A stretch of DNA of 64,000 nt, from IMG/VR virus record IMGVR_UViG_3300015214_000024, positions 361,787 through 425,786 of that record. One strand, written 5' to 3'. Positions 39,644 to 49,616 of the stretch are shown piece by piece. The notes under the pieces are model-generated. The model was not told the origin of the DNA. It did not search any database and saw nothing but the letters and a program-made list of their open reading frames with translations. Source of the stretch: a virus. Lineage: Duplodnaviria; Heunggongvirae; Uroviricota; Caudoviricetes. Positions within the stretch are counted from its first letter, which is position 1; every line of letters begins with the position of its first letter. The translations under genes and the position numbers were made by a program.

Positions 39644-39709
39644 TTCAAATCCTTTTTGTATGGTTACATTATTATAATATAACGATACTTATCAGTCAGT
39701 CAAATTTAA

Positions 39710-40084
39710 TTATCTGATGTCTGTAATAAAAAGACCAGGAGAAGGCAATGCCCATTCATCAAAAACAGGATCATATTCAACAGGAATGCCGCAATATTCG
39801 TCCAATTTCATTCGATTTTGTTGGCTTATTGGTAGCAGAAGAGGATCTAGAACAATATAAAGCTCTCCTTTGTAAGGTTGCATCATAACTGTTTTAACAT
39901 CTTTTATACCATCTTCCAGCTGTTTCTTCTGACTGGTTGAAATCCGTGATGCTAAAAATACCCCATCGTCTACAGAATGGACGGCCAAATAAGTTTGGCC
40001 GATTCCAGTCCGAGACCTTTTCATATATGCAAGTTGAATACCATCATAATATTCAATAACATCACTCATTATGAATCTTGGCAC
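39710..40084 (-). CDS. Hypothetical protein
   Basis: 124-aa ORF abutting upstream gene; YYDGxQL motif. Confidence 0.6.
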   Translation of the reverse strand: MPRFIMSDVIEYYDGIQLAYMKRSRTGIGQTYLAVHSVDDGVFLASRISTSQKKQLEDGIKDVKTVMMQPYKGELYIVLDPLLLPISQQNRMKLDEYCGIPVEYDPVFDEWALPSPGLFITDIR

Positions 40085-40708
40085 TTAAACCAGTTCCAGC
40101 ATTCCATCTTGCAAGAATGAATAGCAATAGCCCTTAAGATCATCAACCCAATCTTCATCACTCGCAATCAAGTTTTCACGAACAGTCACTTGTGCGCCGC
40201 GTTCCAAAAGCTTTCGAACTGTAGAGATGAGATTTTCTTTCGTCCAGGCGCCAGTAAAATCATACTGATTAAAACCCATACTGACATTCTGCTTCAGAAC
40301 TGTCGCAAACGATGGCTGTTCACCCATCATATGGGCTACAAAATCGCCAGCAATTCGAAATGGACGAACTTCCTGTTTCTCATCAAGAATGTCAAAATTT
40401 GACGTCTTCATAAAATATCTTGGAATAGGTGCTTGTTTGTCAAGTTCAAGCTCAATGTCATAACCTTCCGTCGTCTCAATACAGAATGGCTGAGAAATTG
40501 TTTTAGCCATTGGAGAACGTTCATAGTCTTCAACTTTGCGGCCATTATTTTGGATAACATACAAAACATTAAGATATCCATTATCTTCAGTCATTGTATT
40601 TGAAATATAAAACTGAAGATCGAGCAAAAATGTATCAGATGGGTTAATACCCATAACAGCAGGATTCAAAATGTCCTTCTGAACGTACCCAATCAAAGCG
40701 AAACGCAT
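40085..40708 (-). CDS. Hypothetical protein
   Basis: Start set at ATG 40708 after AAGGAG. Confidence 0.65.
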   Translation of the reverse strand: MRFALIGYVQKDILNPAVMGINPSDTFLLDLQFYISNTMTEDNGYLNVLYVIQNNGRKVEDYERSPMAKTISQPFCIETTEGYDIELELDKQAPIPRYFMKTSNFDILDEKQEVRPFRIAGDFVAHMMGEQPSFATVLKQNVSMGFNQYDFTGAWTKENLISTVRKLLERGAQVTVRENLIASDEDWVDDLKGYCYSFLQDGMLELV

Positions 40709-40709
40709 T

Positions 40710-41012
40710 TTATAACTCCTTGCTAAAAAGTTCACCATAACATAATGTAAAGGTTGCCTTATCTTGCTCGTCCAAAAAGTAAAATACTACCTTTTCAGCC
40801 AAAACACCATTCGGTCCTTGTTCATATTCTCTGTTTGCATAATACGGTTGAATGCAAACAATGTCAAGCCACCTAAGAATTTCGCTAATTTTTTCTCGCT
40901 CGTGTTTTTTGTGGGAGGCCGATAACCAAGTCGACTGTCTGATGAAATTTTTATTTCCACCCATTGTCATACATTTTTTGATATATTGGGTATCGGATAA
41001 GCGTTTACCCAT
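40710..41012 (-). CDS. Hypothetical protein
   Basis: TGATG overlap; ends FYFLDEQDKATFTL. Confidence 0.6.
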   Translation of the reverse strand: MGKRLSDTQYIKKCMTMGGNKNFIRQSTWLSASHKKHEREKISEILRWLDIVCIQPYYANREYEQGPNGVLAEKVVFYFLDEQDKATFTLCYGELFSKEL

Positions 41013-41377
41013 CACATACCACCAGACTTTGCCACATCATCTATATCAGCATCTAATAATTGGAATAGCATTGCTTCATCTGCATCAAATAATACAATTT
41101 TTTTAGATCCAACATAATATATTGATTTGCAATGATTGGCTAACCACGAAATGTGACCTGCTGGAATTTGGTCAACCACTTTCTCATTCTGCCAAGACAC
41201 ATCATAACTATCAAAAAATTGACTGAAAAATTTCAAACCGCAATGGCGGAGCCTGAGAGTATCACCCCCTGGACAGAAGAAATAATCTCGACAAAAATCA
41301 CCAAATTCAACAGTTGACATTTCGTGAGGATATTGGCGATTCATAAGATTGAATAGCGTTTTCCTATAGTTTTTCAT
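41012..41377 (-). CDS. Hypothetical protein
   Basis: Start moved to ATG 41377 to avoid the divergent gene; LRL...G..F and LFD..EAMLFQL motifs. Confidence 0.6.
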   Translation of the reverse strand: MKNYRKTLFNLMNRQYPHEMSTVEFGDFCRDYFFCPGGDTLRLRHCGLKFFSQFFDSYDVSWQNEKVVDQIPAGHISWLANHCKSIYYVGSKKIVLFDADEAMLFQLLDADIDDVAKSGGM

Positions 41378-41409
41378 AACAATACCATTCTCGATTACCA
41401 AGTAGATAA

Positions 41410-41417
41410 TATAAATA
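41410..41417 (+). promoter_or_regulatory. T4-type late promoter TATAAATA
   Basis: Exact consensus ahead of the plus-strand island. Confidence 0.75.
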
Positions 41418-41450
41418 TCCGGTAACAGTTTGTCAATAGGATTTTCCATT

Positions 41451-41768
41451 ATGGCTCGCCCTAAACCAGAAGTGCTTTTTGAAAGGATTGATACCAACTT
41501 TCGCTGTGAAGAAGTCTTGAGAGCTGGCTCAATCTTTGCAGTTTGCTATGATGGTGAACCTATCCATCTAAGAACTTACCATAAGTTGATTGATCAAAAG
41601 CAGGGTAAGTATAAAAATTGCAGTTTTACGACCGCAGCGCCTGCATATAACTTAGCGCAAAGGCTAAACAAATATTTTAATACTGATAAATTTTCAGTAT
41701 TTGAAATGACCCCTGTTAAAGAAATTACCAGTGAAGTTGAAGCTAAGAAATTTATTAAGAAGAGATAA
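41451..41768 (+). CDS. Hypothetical protein (MARPKP...)
   Basis: ATG 41451 after AGGA and a late promoter. Confidence 0.7.
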   Translation: MARPKPEVLFERIDTNFRCEEVLRAGSIFAVCYDGEPIHLRTYHKLIDQKQGKYKNCSFTTAAPAYNLAQRLNKYFNTDKFSVFEMTPVKEITSEVEAKKFIKKR

Positions 41769-41773
41769 TATTA

Positions 41774-43720
41774 ATGGCTCAAGAAATTAGAAATAGAAGA
41801 GGTGATTTAGTAATTTCAATTCCTGATGGAGTTGTGCTGATGCCATCTGACCCAACCGTATCATCGGACGGACCAACACTACCGAATACTAATACTAGCC
41901 TCTTCCAAGTAGGGCGCGATGTTCTTGACTATGGTTTAGAAATTTCAGAAAACCTCCACTGGATAATGGAAAATTTTGCCAATTCAGTACCGCCACAAAA
42001 TCCAGTAGATGGTCAACTCTGGTGGGATATTTCAAGTGCTGCATCACCAGTGATGAAAGTGTACAATACAGGTACTGGTGGTTGGGGCGCTGTTGTGAAA
42101 CTTTCAAGCGATCCTAATCCAAGCCTTTCAGCAAATTTAAATGCCGCTGGTAGAAAAATTATCAACTTAGGAGCACCAGTTTCTGCCGCCGATGCAGCAA
42201 CAAAACAATATGTCGATTCTGCAATAGGAGCAATATCTGGCGGTGTAAATTCATTTCTCTCCCTATCCGACACTCCGTCAACATATTCAGGCCAAGCTGG
42301 TAAAGTTACAAGAGTAAATGCAGCAAATACTGGTTTGGAATTTTATAAATTAAAATTTACCGACCTGGATGGTGTATCTTCAAGCTTTGCTGGACAAAAT
42401 AGCAAATATTTGCGAGTCAATACTTCTGGAACTGCCATAGAATACGTTACACCAAGTATTACTCATATTGATTGGTCAGGTGCTGTCAATGTAAATGCCC
42501 AAGGAGTTAAAATTAGCAATATTGCTACTCCTACCGCAGGACAAGATGCTGCAACCAAAAGTTATGTTGATTCTGCTCTTTCATCAGCAACTGGTGGAAT
42601 CTTACCACCAGGAAATGGGATTGTAGTAAGAACTAATTCAGGCTCGGTCAACAGGAATATCACTGCTGGAAATAACGGAATTGTAATCCAAAACGGTGAT
42701 GGCGTTGCAGGAAACATTACAATATCACACGGGGCAGCCACAGGAAATGGATCAGTAAATTCTGGTGGTACAGTAATACAATCAATTACTTTAGACCCAT
42801 ACGGGCACATAAGCACTATCGGAACTACATCAATTACTGGTGGGTTAGGCTACATTCCAGTCAATAAAGCCGGTGATACAATGTCAGGCAATTTAAATGT
42901 GTCTGGTGGTGGACATATCACTTTGAGTACTAATGGTGACATCACTGCCCATCGTGGCAATAATACCGGCGTAATATTCTTAGGCAATGCTGGAAACCGA
43001 TACTTGTATTTCGACGGCAGTAATTATCAAATGCCATCGAGCAATTTGTACGTCAATGGCGGTCTAGCTTGGACTTCAGTCAACCAAGGATCTGGAACTG
43101 GAATGAACTCAGACTTGTTAGACGGATATGATTGGACTTCAGGCCAATTCGTTAGCTTCGGACAGGGAAGATTCCTAACACCAAATTCGGGAACTACTGG
43201 AGGTATCCAATTAAGAGCAAATCCTTCACACGGTAATGCTATTTTACAATTTGTCAATGCGGATGTAAATCAACAATATGGCTTCTTATCAGTCAATTCT
43301 AATGGTAGATTGATTTATAATAATGGTACAGTTTGGCATTCCTTGTTGCAAGGTCCAGGCACTGGAATGAATGCGGATTTGCTTGATGGGTATCATTATT
43401 CGGATATTATTGCCAATGCTGCGGCCGCTGGTGGTGGTATTATTGCAGGCAGTTTGGGAGCAAATGGCTGGGTTAGATTTGGATTTAGTAATTTTATGAT
43501 CCAATGGGGCTATTATAATGCTACAAGTGGCGGATATAAAAACATATATTTCCCGACTTCTTTTCCAACGGCTTGCAGAAGTGTTACGTTGGGTAGTGAA
43601 ATGCAAGCAAATAACGACTCTACTGACGATGTCGCGGGCGTAAGCTCAGTAACACAATCATACTTCCAAGCAAGAACTAGAGGAAGTTTACATTTCTATT
43701 GGATGGCTATAGGATACTAA
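41774..43720 (+). CDS. Tail fibre protein
   Basis: ENL..IMENFA..PP.NP.DGQLWW anchor, DAATKxYVD x2, VNKAGDTMSG, GMNxDLLDG x2, C-terminal IQWG...FP.SFP...WMAIGY tip. Confidence 0.88.
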   Translation: MAQEIRNRRGDLVISIPDGVVLMPSDPTVSSDGPTLPNTNTSLFQVGRDVLDYGLEISENLHWIMENFANSVPPQNPVDGQLWWDISSAASPVMKVYNTGTGGWGAVVKLSSDPNPSLSANLNAAGRKIINLGAPVSAADAATKQYVDSAIGAISGGVNSFLSLSDTPSTYSGQAGKVTRVNAANTGLEFYKLKFTDLDGVSSSFAGQNSKYLRVNTSGTAIEYVTPSITHIDWSGAVNVNAQGVKISNIATPTAGQDAATKSYVDSALSSATGGILPPGNGIVVRTNSGSVNRNITAGNNGIVIQNGDGVAGNITISHGAATGNGSVNSGGTVIQSITLDPYGHISTIGTTSITGGLGYIPVNKAGDTMSGNLNVSGGGHITLSTNGDITAHRGNNTGVIFLGNAGNRYLYFDGSNYQMPSSNLYVNGGLAWTSVNQGSGTGMNSDLLDGYDWTSGQFVSFGQGRFLTPNSGTTGGIQLRANPSHGNAILQFVNADVNQQYGFLSVNSNGRLIYNNGTVWHSLLQGPGTGMNADLLDGYHYSDIIANAAAAGGGIIAGSLGANGWVRFGFSNFMIQWGYYNATSGGYKNIYFPTSFPTACRSVTLGSEMQANNDSTDDVAGVSSVTQSYFQARTRGSLHFYWMAIGY

Positions 43721-43721
43721 G

Positions 43722-44102
43722 ATGATTTATTTACATTATAGCGAAGATGATGGCAAATTTTTAGGCTGGTTTGACGATCGAATTTGTGATAAAATCCCCG
43801 AACCAAATAAAGTAATTTCAGACAAAGATCATTTAAAATATCACGAACTCATAAGCGATAAAGAACAAATGATTTTCGTAGTCAATGACAAGATCATTGT
43901 AAAAAAAGCTGAACAAATAATTGATTGGTTAGACATAAGACTTCAAAGAAACAAACTATTGAATGAAACTGATTGGTCACAGCTGGGCGATGTTCAACCC
44001 GAACTTAGAGAAAAATATGCAATATATCGCCAAACCTTGCGAGATATTCCACAAAATTTCAATTCCCCATATGATGTAAAATGGCCAGTTCGACCAGAGT
44101 AA
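43722..44102 (+). CDS. Tail fibre assembly chaperone
   Basis: RNKLLNETDWSQL.D...YRQTLRDIPQ...WP.RP; directly after fibre. Confidence 0.88.
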   Translation: MIYLHYSEDDGKFLGWFDDRICDKIPEPNKVISDKDHLKYHELISDKEQMIFVVNDKIIVKKAEQIIDWLDIRLQRNKLLNETDWSQLGDVQPELREKYAIYRQTLRDIPQNFNSPYDVKWPVRPE

Positions 44103-44121
44103 ATTTTAATAAGAAATTCAG

Positions 44122-44129
44122 TATAAATA
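44122..44129 (+). promoter_or_regulatory. T4-type late promoter TATAAATA
   Basis: Exact consensus; GGAG RBS before ATG 44162. Confidence 0.75.
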
Positions 44130-44161
44130 AACTACACAATTAATGCAAAACTGGAGTTACT

Positions 44162-45517
44162 ATGGCATATATCTTAAACAAATCTAACGGTAACGTAGTA
44201 ACAACCATCGCGGATGGTACTGTTGATTTGACTTCTACATCAATTGGACTTATCGGTCGTCACTATGCTGCATATGGCGAAATAATAAACGAAGACCTTA
44301 TCAAATTGCTTGAAAACTTCTCCAACAATACGTCACCTGCATCACCACTAAAAGGCCAACTTTGGTTCAATGCAGTTGACAATTCAATAATGGTCAACAT
44401 TAGCGACAATCCAAACAGTCCCCAATGGCTCAATGTTACAAAAGCATCAGTTAGTTCAACTGAGCCCGCATCATCCATTGAAGGTTCAATATGGTTTGAT
44501 TCGTTGGCAGGAACTCTAAAAATCAAATCAGGTTCTTCCTGGGCAACTTTAAAAACTATCAAGTATGGTGAAGAAAACGGAGGAACAACCCTTCCATTCG
44601 TTTCTGACTCAGCAGATGGTGACTTATTTTTCGCAACTGATTCAAACCAACTTTATTCATTCTCATCAGCTTCCAGATTTACTGGCACACCGGGTTGGGA
44701 TGCAGTTGGGATCCGTTATGATGACAGCAATGGTAATGCAGCATACAACCCTGCTGGTATTAAAAATGGCGAAGTTTGGTTTGATGACGATACTAAACAG
44801 CTCAAACTTTATTCAGAAGCTGATGGTGGCAATGCTGCCGGTTCTGAAATCATTGGACCAATTTTTCCAAAATCAATTGCTCACCAATTAAGCGGCTTCT
44901 TTGGTATTGAGGTCAATTCAATACCAATGATCGTTGAAATGGTTAATGGTAACCCAATCACTGTTTCAAGCCCAGCAACTGTACTAAACCCGGGCGGTCT
45001 TTTCGGTCCCGGAGATGCAATTAATATGGGTGTATTTGGTAGCACCATATACAAAGGTGTCAATCTAACTACTAACACGACAAATGGCGCGCCACGTTTT
45101 GCCGGTCCAGCATCAAGTATTGCAGCCGATATTGCAGAAAGATTTGCGAGTGACGTCGCAGTCGAGCCAGGTGATTTGATGGTAATTGGCGGTTCAAAAG
45201 ACGTTACCAAATCTAAAGTAAGTTTAGATCAAAACGTATTTGGAGTAGTTTCAACCAACCCAGCATATATGATGAACGACGGCTTAGGTGATGGTGAAAT
45301 GTTCCCATTCATTGCACTTGCAGGAAGAGTTCCAGTTAAAGTAGTTGGACCTGTTGAAAAAGGTCAGCGCTTAGTGAGTAGCAATATACCTGGTGTCGCT
45401 AAGGCAATCAGCAATAACCAAGTCGTATCATCTTACGTGTCTGTTTTTGGCCGCGCGATGATGACTGATATTGGTAATGAAGTTAGATTAATTGATGCAG
45501 TAGTCGGGGTTAAATAA
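44162..45517 (+). CDS. Baseplate/short fibre-type structural protein
   Basis: LLENFS...P.SPLKGQLWF anchor; C-terminal ADIAERF, GVVSTNPAYMMN, ALAGRVPVKV. Confidence 0.75.
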   Translation: MAYILNKSNGNVVTTIADGTVDLTSTSIGLIGRHYAAYGEIINEDLIKLLENFSNNTSPASPLKGQLWFNAVDNSIMVNISDNPNSPQWLNVTKASVSSTEPASSIEGSIWFDSLAGTLKIKSGSSWATLKTIKYGEENGGTTLPFVSDSADGDLFFATDSNQLYSFSSASRFTGTPGWDAVGIRYDDSNGNAAYNPAGIKNGEVWFDDDTKQLKLYSEADGGNAAGSEIIGPIFPKSIAHQLSGFFGIEVNSIPMIVEMVNGNPITVSSPATVLNPGGLFGPGDAINMGVFGSTIYKGVNLTTNTTNGAPRFAGPASSIAADIAERFASDVAVEPGDLMVIGGSKDVTKSKVSLDQNVFGVVSTNPAYMMNDGLGDGEMFPFIALAGRVPVKVVGPVEKGQRLVSSNIPGVAKAISNNQVVSSYVSVFGRAMMTDIGNEVRLIDAVVGVK

Positions 45518-46106
45518 GCCCCGACTCTGTCCATCCTTGAACTTGTTTTTCAATTTCTTCAACAGAATAATGTTGTCTCAAATTTAAATATTCCTGATGA
45601 GGAATAAGTTTTCCACCACACATAAAATTCCAGTCTTTCTGTTTTGGTCCCATCAAAAATAAGGTCCAAACATCAGGGACTTTTGGATCAAGTTCTAACC
45701 AATGCAAATCAGTTGCTGATCTGCTAGTATGATATCCTGGGCCTCTCCAAAAGGTACCTTCTGGTTTATGTTCCCAATATCCGCCTTTTAATATATAGGT
45801 TTGCCACGACCAAGGATGATCGTGAAATCCATCAAGGTCAGATCTGATTAAATTGTGGATAGTTATTCGAGCGAATGGTCGAAGATTCATATAGTAGAAT
45901 CTATCTAGATATGGCGTAGCGCCATCACGTTCCATAATTGTAAAACGTTTTCCTTGATTTTTTAAATCTTCTACTACATTTTGTAAATTATTACCTTGCT
46001 GTAGGTAACGTCCGTGTGATACTAAGAATGATTCTTCCGTGTCAGCATTAAAAGTCAATTTTGCCTCCATTAGAAAATAGAAGCGGCCGAAGCCGCTTCT
46101 ATTCAC
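45510..46106 (-). CDS. Cupin-fold protein
   Basis: HDHPW...ILKGGYWE, H.LEL, WTLF..GP. Confidence 0.65.
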   Translation of the reverse strand: MNRSGFGRFYFLMEAKLTFNADTEESFLVSHGRYLQQGNNLQNVVEDLKNQGKRFTIMERDGATPYLDRFYYMNLRPFARITIHNLIRSDLDGFHDHPWSWQTYILKGGYWEHKPEGTFWRGPGYHTSRSATDLHWLELDPKVPDVWTLFLMGPKQKDWNFMCGGKLIPHQEYLNLRQHYSVEEIEKQVQGWTESGLI

Positions 46107-46816
46107 TTCACCTTAGCATTTTCTCTACGAGAAATTGCAGCTTTCAAGGCAGCTTCAGTTTTGTACGACTTACCAGTAGCATCATCAGTCCAAGCTGATG
46201 TTCCTTCAGCGAGTTCTGGATTAAGTGTAGGATCGTACTTATAAGCTTCCTTAAACTTAGCATCAGCATCAGCTTGAAGCATTTGCGCCTGAGCTAATAA
46301 GTTGCGAGCGATCGCTTTATTGTTCTCACTGGCATCAACTGCATCATTGTGATTTGAAACTGTAAAATTTGGCTCATTTGCAGCTTCCATCTGTGGCGCT
46401 TCAAATGCTTGTCCTGAATCTTTCCAAGCAGTATAAGCTTGAGCCAATTCAGGTGTATTTTCCAACATCATAGTGTAAACTTGCGATAGTGGCAATTGTG
46501 TATTTGGTTTTGGTACCATCAATACTTGACTTACAGCAGCGCGAGTAATCGCCGCTGGTGTATTGAACAAGAATCGTATCATATTCACACCATCATATTC
46601 TAAACCGTGTAGATGTTGTGAAAACCACACTTTAGATTGTGCGATATTAGTTTCAACTTCGCGAACTACCACTTCTTCAAGAGAATGTGGTAGACGCTCA
46701 GCTTCAATAACAAATACATAATTAAGATCTGATGGATCTGGCATCAACACGATGACTTTACGTCCAGATGAAACACCTACGTGCTTCAACATTTTGCCTG
46801 ATCTATATAAATCCAT
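46103..46816 (-). CDS. Hypothetical protein
   Basis: 237-aa ORF with GAGG RBS. Confidence 0.7.
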   Translation of the reverse strand: MDLYRSGKMLKHVGVSSGRKVIVLMPDPSDLNYVFVIEAERLPHSLEEVVVREVETNIAQSKVWFSQHLHGLEYDGVNMIRFLFNTPAAITRAAVSQVLMVPKPNTQLPLSQVYTMMLENTPELAQAYTAWKDSGQAFEAPQMEAANEPNFTVSNHNDAVDASENNKAIARNLLAQAQMLQADADAKFKEAYKYDPTLNPELAEGTSAWTDDATGKSYKTEAALKAAISRRENAKVK

Positions 46817-46850
46817 ATTATTTTCCTCTCATCGAGTTAAGTTAGTTGGC

Positions 46851-47099
46851 TTATTCGGCGCCTTCTTCCGTAGCTTCAGCAGCTTCTTCAGCTGGTGCGA
46901 TGGCCTTAACAACTTCCGCAATACGGTCACGAACCTGGCCAACCTTAGTGATATTTTCACCAGTAAATGCGCCGCGAGCAGCAGCAAAATCGATAATTTG
47001 GACAGCAGCAGCCAAATCAGCTACTGACAAATTAACACTCTTATCTTCAACAGCTGGTGTTTCAACAACAGTTTCAGCTTCAACTTTCTTTTTTGCCAT
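46851..47099 (-). CDS. Small acidic hypothetical protein
   Basis: AAAGGA RBS, sigma70-like TTGACT at 47168-47173; IID.AA.RGAF motif. Confidence 0.7.
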   Translation of the reverse strand: MAKKKVEAETVVETPAVEDKSVNLSVADLAAAVQIIDFAAARGAFTGENITKVGQVRDRIAEVVKAIAPAEEAAEATEEGAE

Positions 47100-47181
47100 T
47101 TTATATTCCTTTCAAGAAAAAATGCAAGGTTTAATTGTTTCTAAATTTAACATAGTGGGATTTAATAAGTCAAATTTAATT

Positions 47182-47778
47182 TTAAAATCTATCTAAAATT
47201 TTTCTTAGATCGCCTTCAATTAAATTTGACTTATTATTTGGATCAATGGTAACTGGACCATCCCAATTCAAGTATGGAATCCACGACTCGTGTGCAACAG
47301 TGATTGGGTTCTTTCTCGCATTACTTGCAAGTTCCCAATATGACGGTCTCCACGGCTGTTTCATTGGCTTGATCTTAGTGCTATCACCCTTTGCTTGATT
47401 GCAAGGCAAACACGCGCTTGAGATGTTTTCCCAATTCGTCTTACCACCTAAGCTACGTGGAGTTACGTGCTCAAATGTCAGTTCAACTGGTCGAAACTTA
47501 TTACCACAGTATTGGCAGACATAATTGTCCCTTAAGAAGATATTTTCCTTAGAAAATTCAATCTTACCGCTATGCTGCTGGAATTCCTTCAACATAATGA
47601 TTGACGGCATTCTCAATTGAACAGATGGTGATCGAATAACCCAAGTATCATAGGATTCAACAACGACTGCGCGATCTAGGTAAATCACACGAATAGCTTC
47701 TTTCCAATGTGTTGTGCTCAACGGAATAACACTAACTGGGTTACCATCGGCATTTAGAACTAAAGTCGCATCTGACAT
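47182..47778 (-). CDS. HNH endonuclease (McrA-like)
   Basis: LVLNA, NIFLRDNYVCQYCG, EHV.PRS.GG...WEN...AC..CN..KG; late motif at 47798-47805. Confidence 0.85.
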   Translation of the reverse strand: MSDATLVLNADGNPVSVIPLSTTHWKEAIRVIYLDRAVVVESYDTWVIRSPSVQLRMPSIIMLKEFQQHSGKIEFSKENIFLRDNYVCQYCGNKFRPVELTFEHVTPRSLGGKTNWENISSACLPCNQAKGDSTKIKPMKQPWRPSYWELASNARKNPITVAHESWIPYLNWDGPVTIDPNNKSNLIEGDLRKILDRF

Positions 47779-47808
47779 TGTTAACTTTCCTTTTCAATAT
47801 TTATTGAT

Positions 47809-48540
47809 CTAGAAGGTCAACTTCATTGCGCTTAGTTGACCTCCTTTACTTGATCCAGTGTCTAAAAATATAGCCTTTCCGCCTTTTCTACCATTTTGGT
47901 AGTGAGGATATGCTTTATTTCTGATATCGTGGCCGACAATAACAGTTTTTTCTACTGGTATATAATCGACCCAATCATACCTACGAGTTGGATATCCATC
48001 TTCTCTTGGCGTTGCTTTCATATCAACTTGTCCAAACATTGACATTGATCGTGTCGCTTTTGCAAATTGATATTGATCCCAAAATTTAGGATCAATTGCC
48101 CCGTGAGCAAAAAAATAGTTACCACAACTCATAATAAAACAAGAATTATCATATGTATTAATAAATTCATCTTCAAAAGAAACCAAATCATTTGGTTCCA
48201 ACTTTTCCATATCCTGAATAGTAGTCAATATTCCTCCCTGACGGCGGACTCTAACATTCTGTTCTCTGGATTGGTTAATATATTTAAACAATTTAAATTC
48301 GTGATTGCCAATTAACATTCTAGCTTGCCCATTGAGAATCAATGCATTTAATTCACGAAAACATTTAACATTGTCCAAACCATAATCCATAACATCGCCT
48401 AGACTGATCAGAAATAAATTTTCCTCTCGGGCTTGGTGTAGGACAATTTCAAATTCAGGCCAATTACCGTGGATATCACCCACAACGAGTGCTCCAGCGA
48501 ACTGGGCCACCTCATTAGTAATATCCAAATAATTTATCAC
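47809..48540 (-). CDS. Metallophosphoesterase (PPP family, PrpE/Pnkp-like)
   Basis: GDIHG, LGDVMDYG, GNHE, AHG, VGH, LDTG. Confidence 0.85.
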   Translation of the reverse strand: MINYLDITNEVAQFAGALVVGDIHGNWPEFEIVLHQAREENLFLISLGDVMDYGLDNVKCFRELNALILNGQARMLIGNHEFKLFKYINQSREQNVRVRRQGGILTTIQDMEKLEPNDLVSFEDEFINTYDNSCFIMSCGNYFFAHGAIDPKFWDQYQFAKATRSMSMFGQVDMKATPREDGYPTRRYDWVDYIPVEKTVIVGHDIRNKAYPHYQNGRKGGKAIFLDTGSSKGGQLSAMKLTF

Positions 48541-48582
48541 TGTAAAAATCCTTTATAATTCGTCAGCAGTGTAACAAGTCAA

Positions 48583-49605
48583 TCAATCAGTGTCAACAGG
48601 ATTCTTCAAATATGGGGATGAAAGGAATGGAATATATTGATTGTTGTTTTCTAAAACCTTATTCAACTCGTGCCTTGAAGCAAATTTCATAAAATGAAAT
48701 CCAATATTTTTCCGCTCTTTAGGTTGTGATAAAACCGTCGCAATATATAGATCCATAGCCTCTCTAATTTCCTGAGGTTGCTGAGTTAAATCAACTAACA
48801 TTATGTTTCTTTCATAAAGATCTTTAACTTTATATGATTCACCGAAACCATCTACCCAGGATTCTAAAATGAAATTATTCCATTCATATCCTCTATTAAT
48901 TCTATCTTCAAAAACCTTGTCAAGCCGTGTTTGTCGAACTTTCGGCAAAACTGATGAAATATTGTCACTCATATCACCACGGACTATTTTTAAGAACTTC
49001 GCTTTCTCAATCCAATCATTGTCAGGAATAAAGTCTGGATTAGGCTTGCCATATTTGATCTTACCATCATTTTTTAATGTAAAGTCGACCGCCTGGCCTT
49101 TATCATTTACAATCTTTAATGGTGATATAGTAAATCCATTCATAGCATCATACATTTTAACATTTGGCGCCAGAAGCTGCACATAGTCCATATCACTAGT
49201 GACAACAATATGCTCATCTTCTGGATGGAGCGCTATAAATCTGGCAGCCAGGTCATCAGCCTCACTGAATTTCTGATGTAGAACTGTGCAGTTCGTTCTT
49301 TCATCCAAAAATGTGACAAATTCATTCATACTTGAAAAAAAGAATTCATCAGCCTCAATTTCTTTAGCCGGCTTTAAATTTTTTGCACTGACTCGATTTT
49401 TCTTATAAGGTTCATAGACATCTTTACGCCAAGATCGTCCATCCATACAAAAAACAACGTGATCAGCCTGATGTTGATTCCAAATCTTTTTAATAGAATT
49501 TAATATGACGTGCATTGCAAGTCCAGTTTGGGTTACTACGTCACCGCTCATTGAGAATCGAGCTCTATACAATAGGTGATTTGTATCAATTATTAAATAT
49601 TTCAA
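48583..49605 (-). CDS. rnh: T4 RNase H-type 5'-3' exonuclease
   Basis: LIID, DGRSWRK..Y..YK.NR, EADD, SDMD..QL, GD.SDNI. Confidence 0.88.
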   Translation of the reverse strand: MKYLIIDTNHLLYRARFSMSGDVVTQTGLAMHVILNSIKKIWNQHQADHVVFCMDGRSWRKDVYEPYKKNRVSAKNLKPAKEIEADEFFFSSMNEFVTFLDERTNCTVLHQKFSEADDLAARFIALHPEDEHIVVTSDMDYVQLLAPNVKMYDAMNGFTISPLKIVNDKGQAVDFTLKNDGKIKYGKPNPDFIPDNDWIEKAKFLKIVRGDMSDNISSVLPKVRQTRLDKVFEDRINRGYEWNNFILESWVDGFGESYKVKDLYERNIMLVDLTQQPQEIREAMDLYIATVLSQPKERKNIGFHFMKFASRHELNKVLENNNQYIPFLSSPYLKNPVDTD

Positions 49606-49616
49606 GTTTCATTCCT

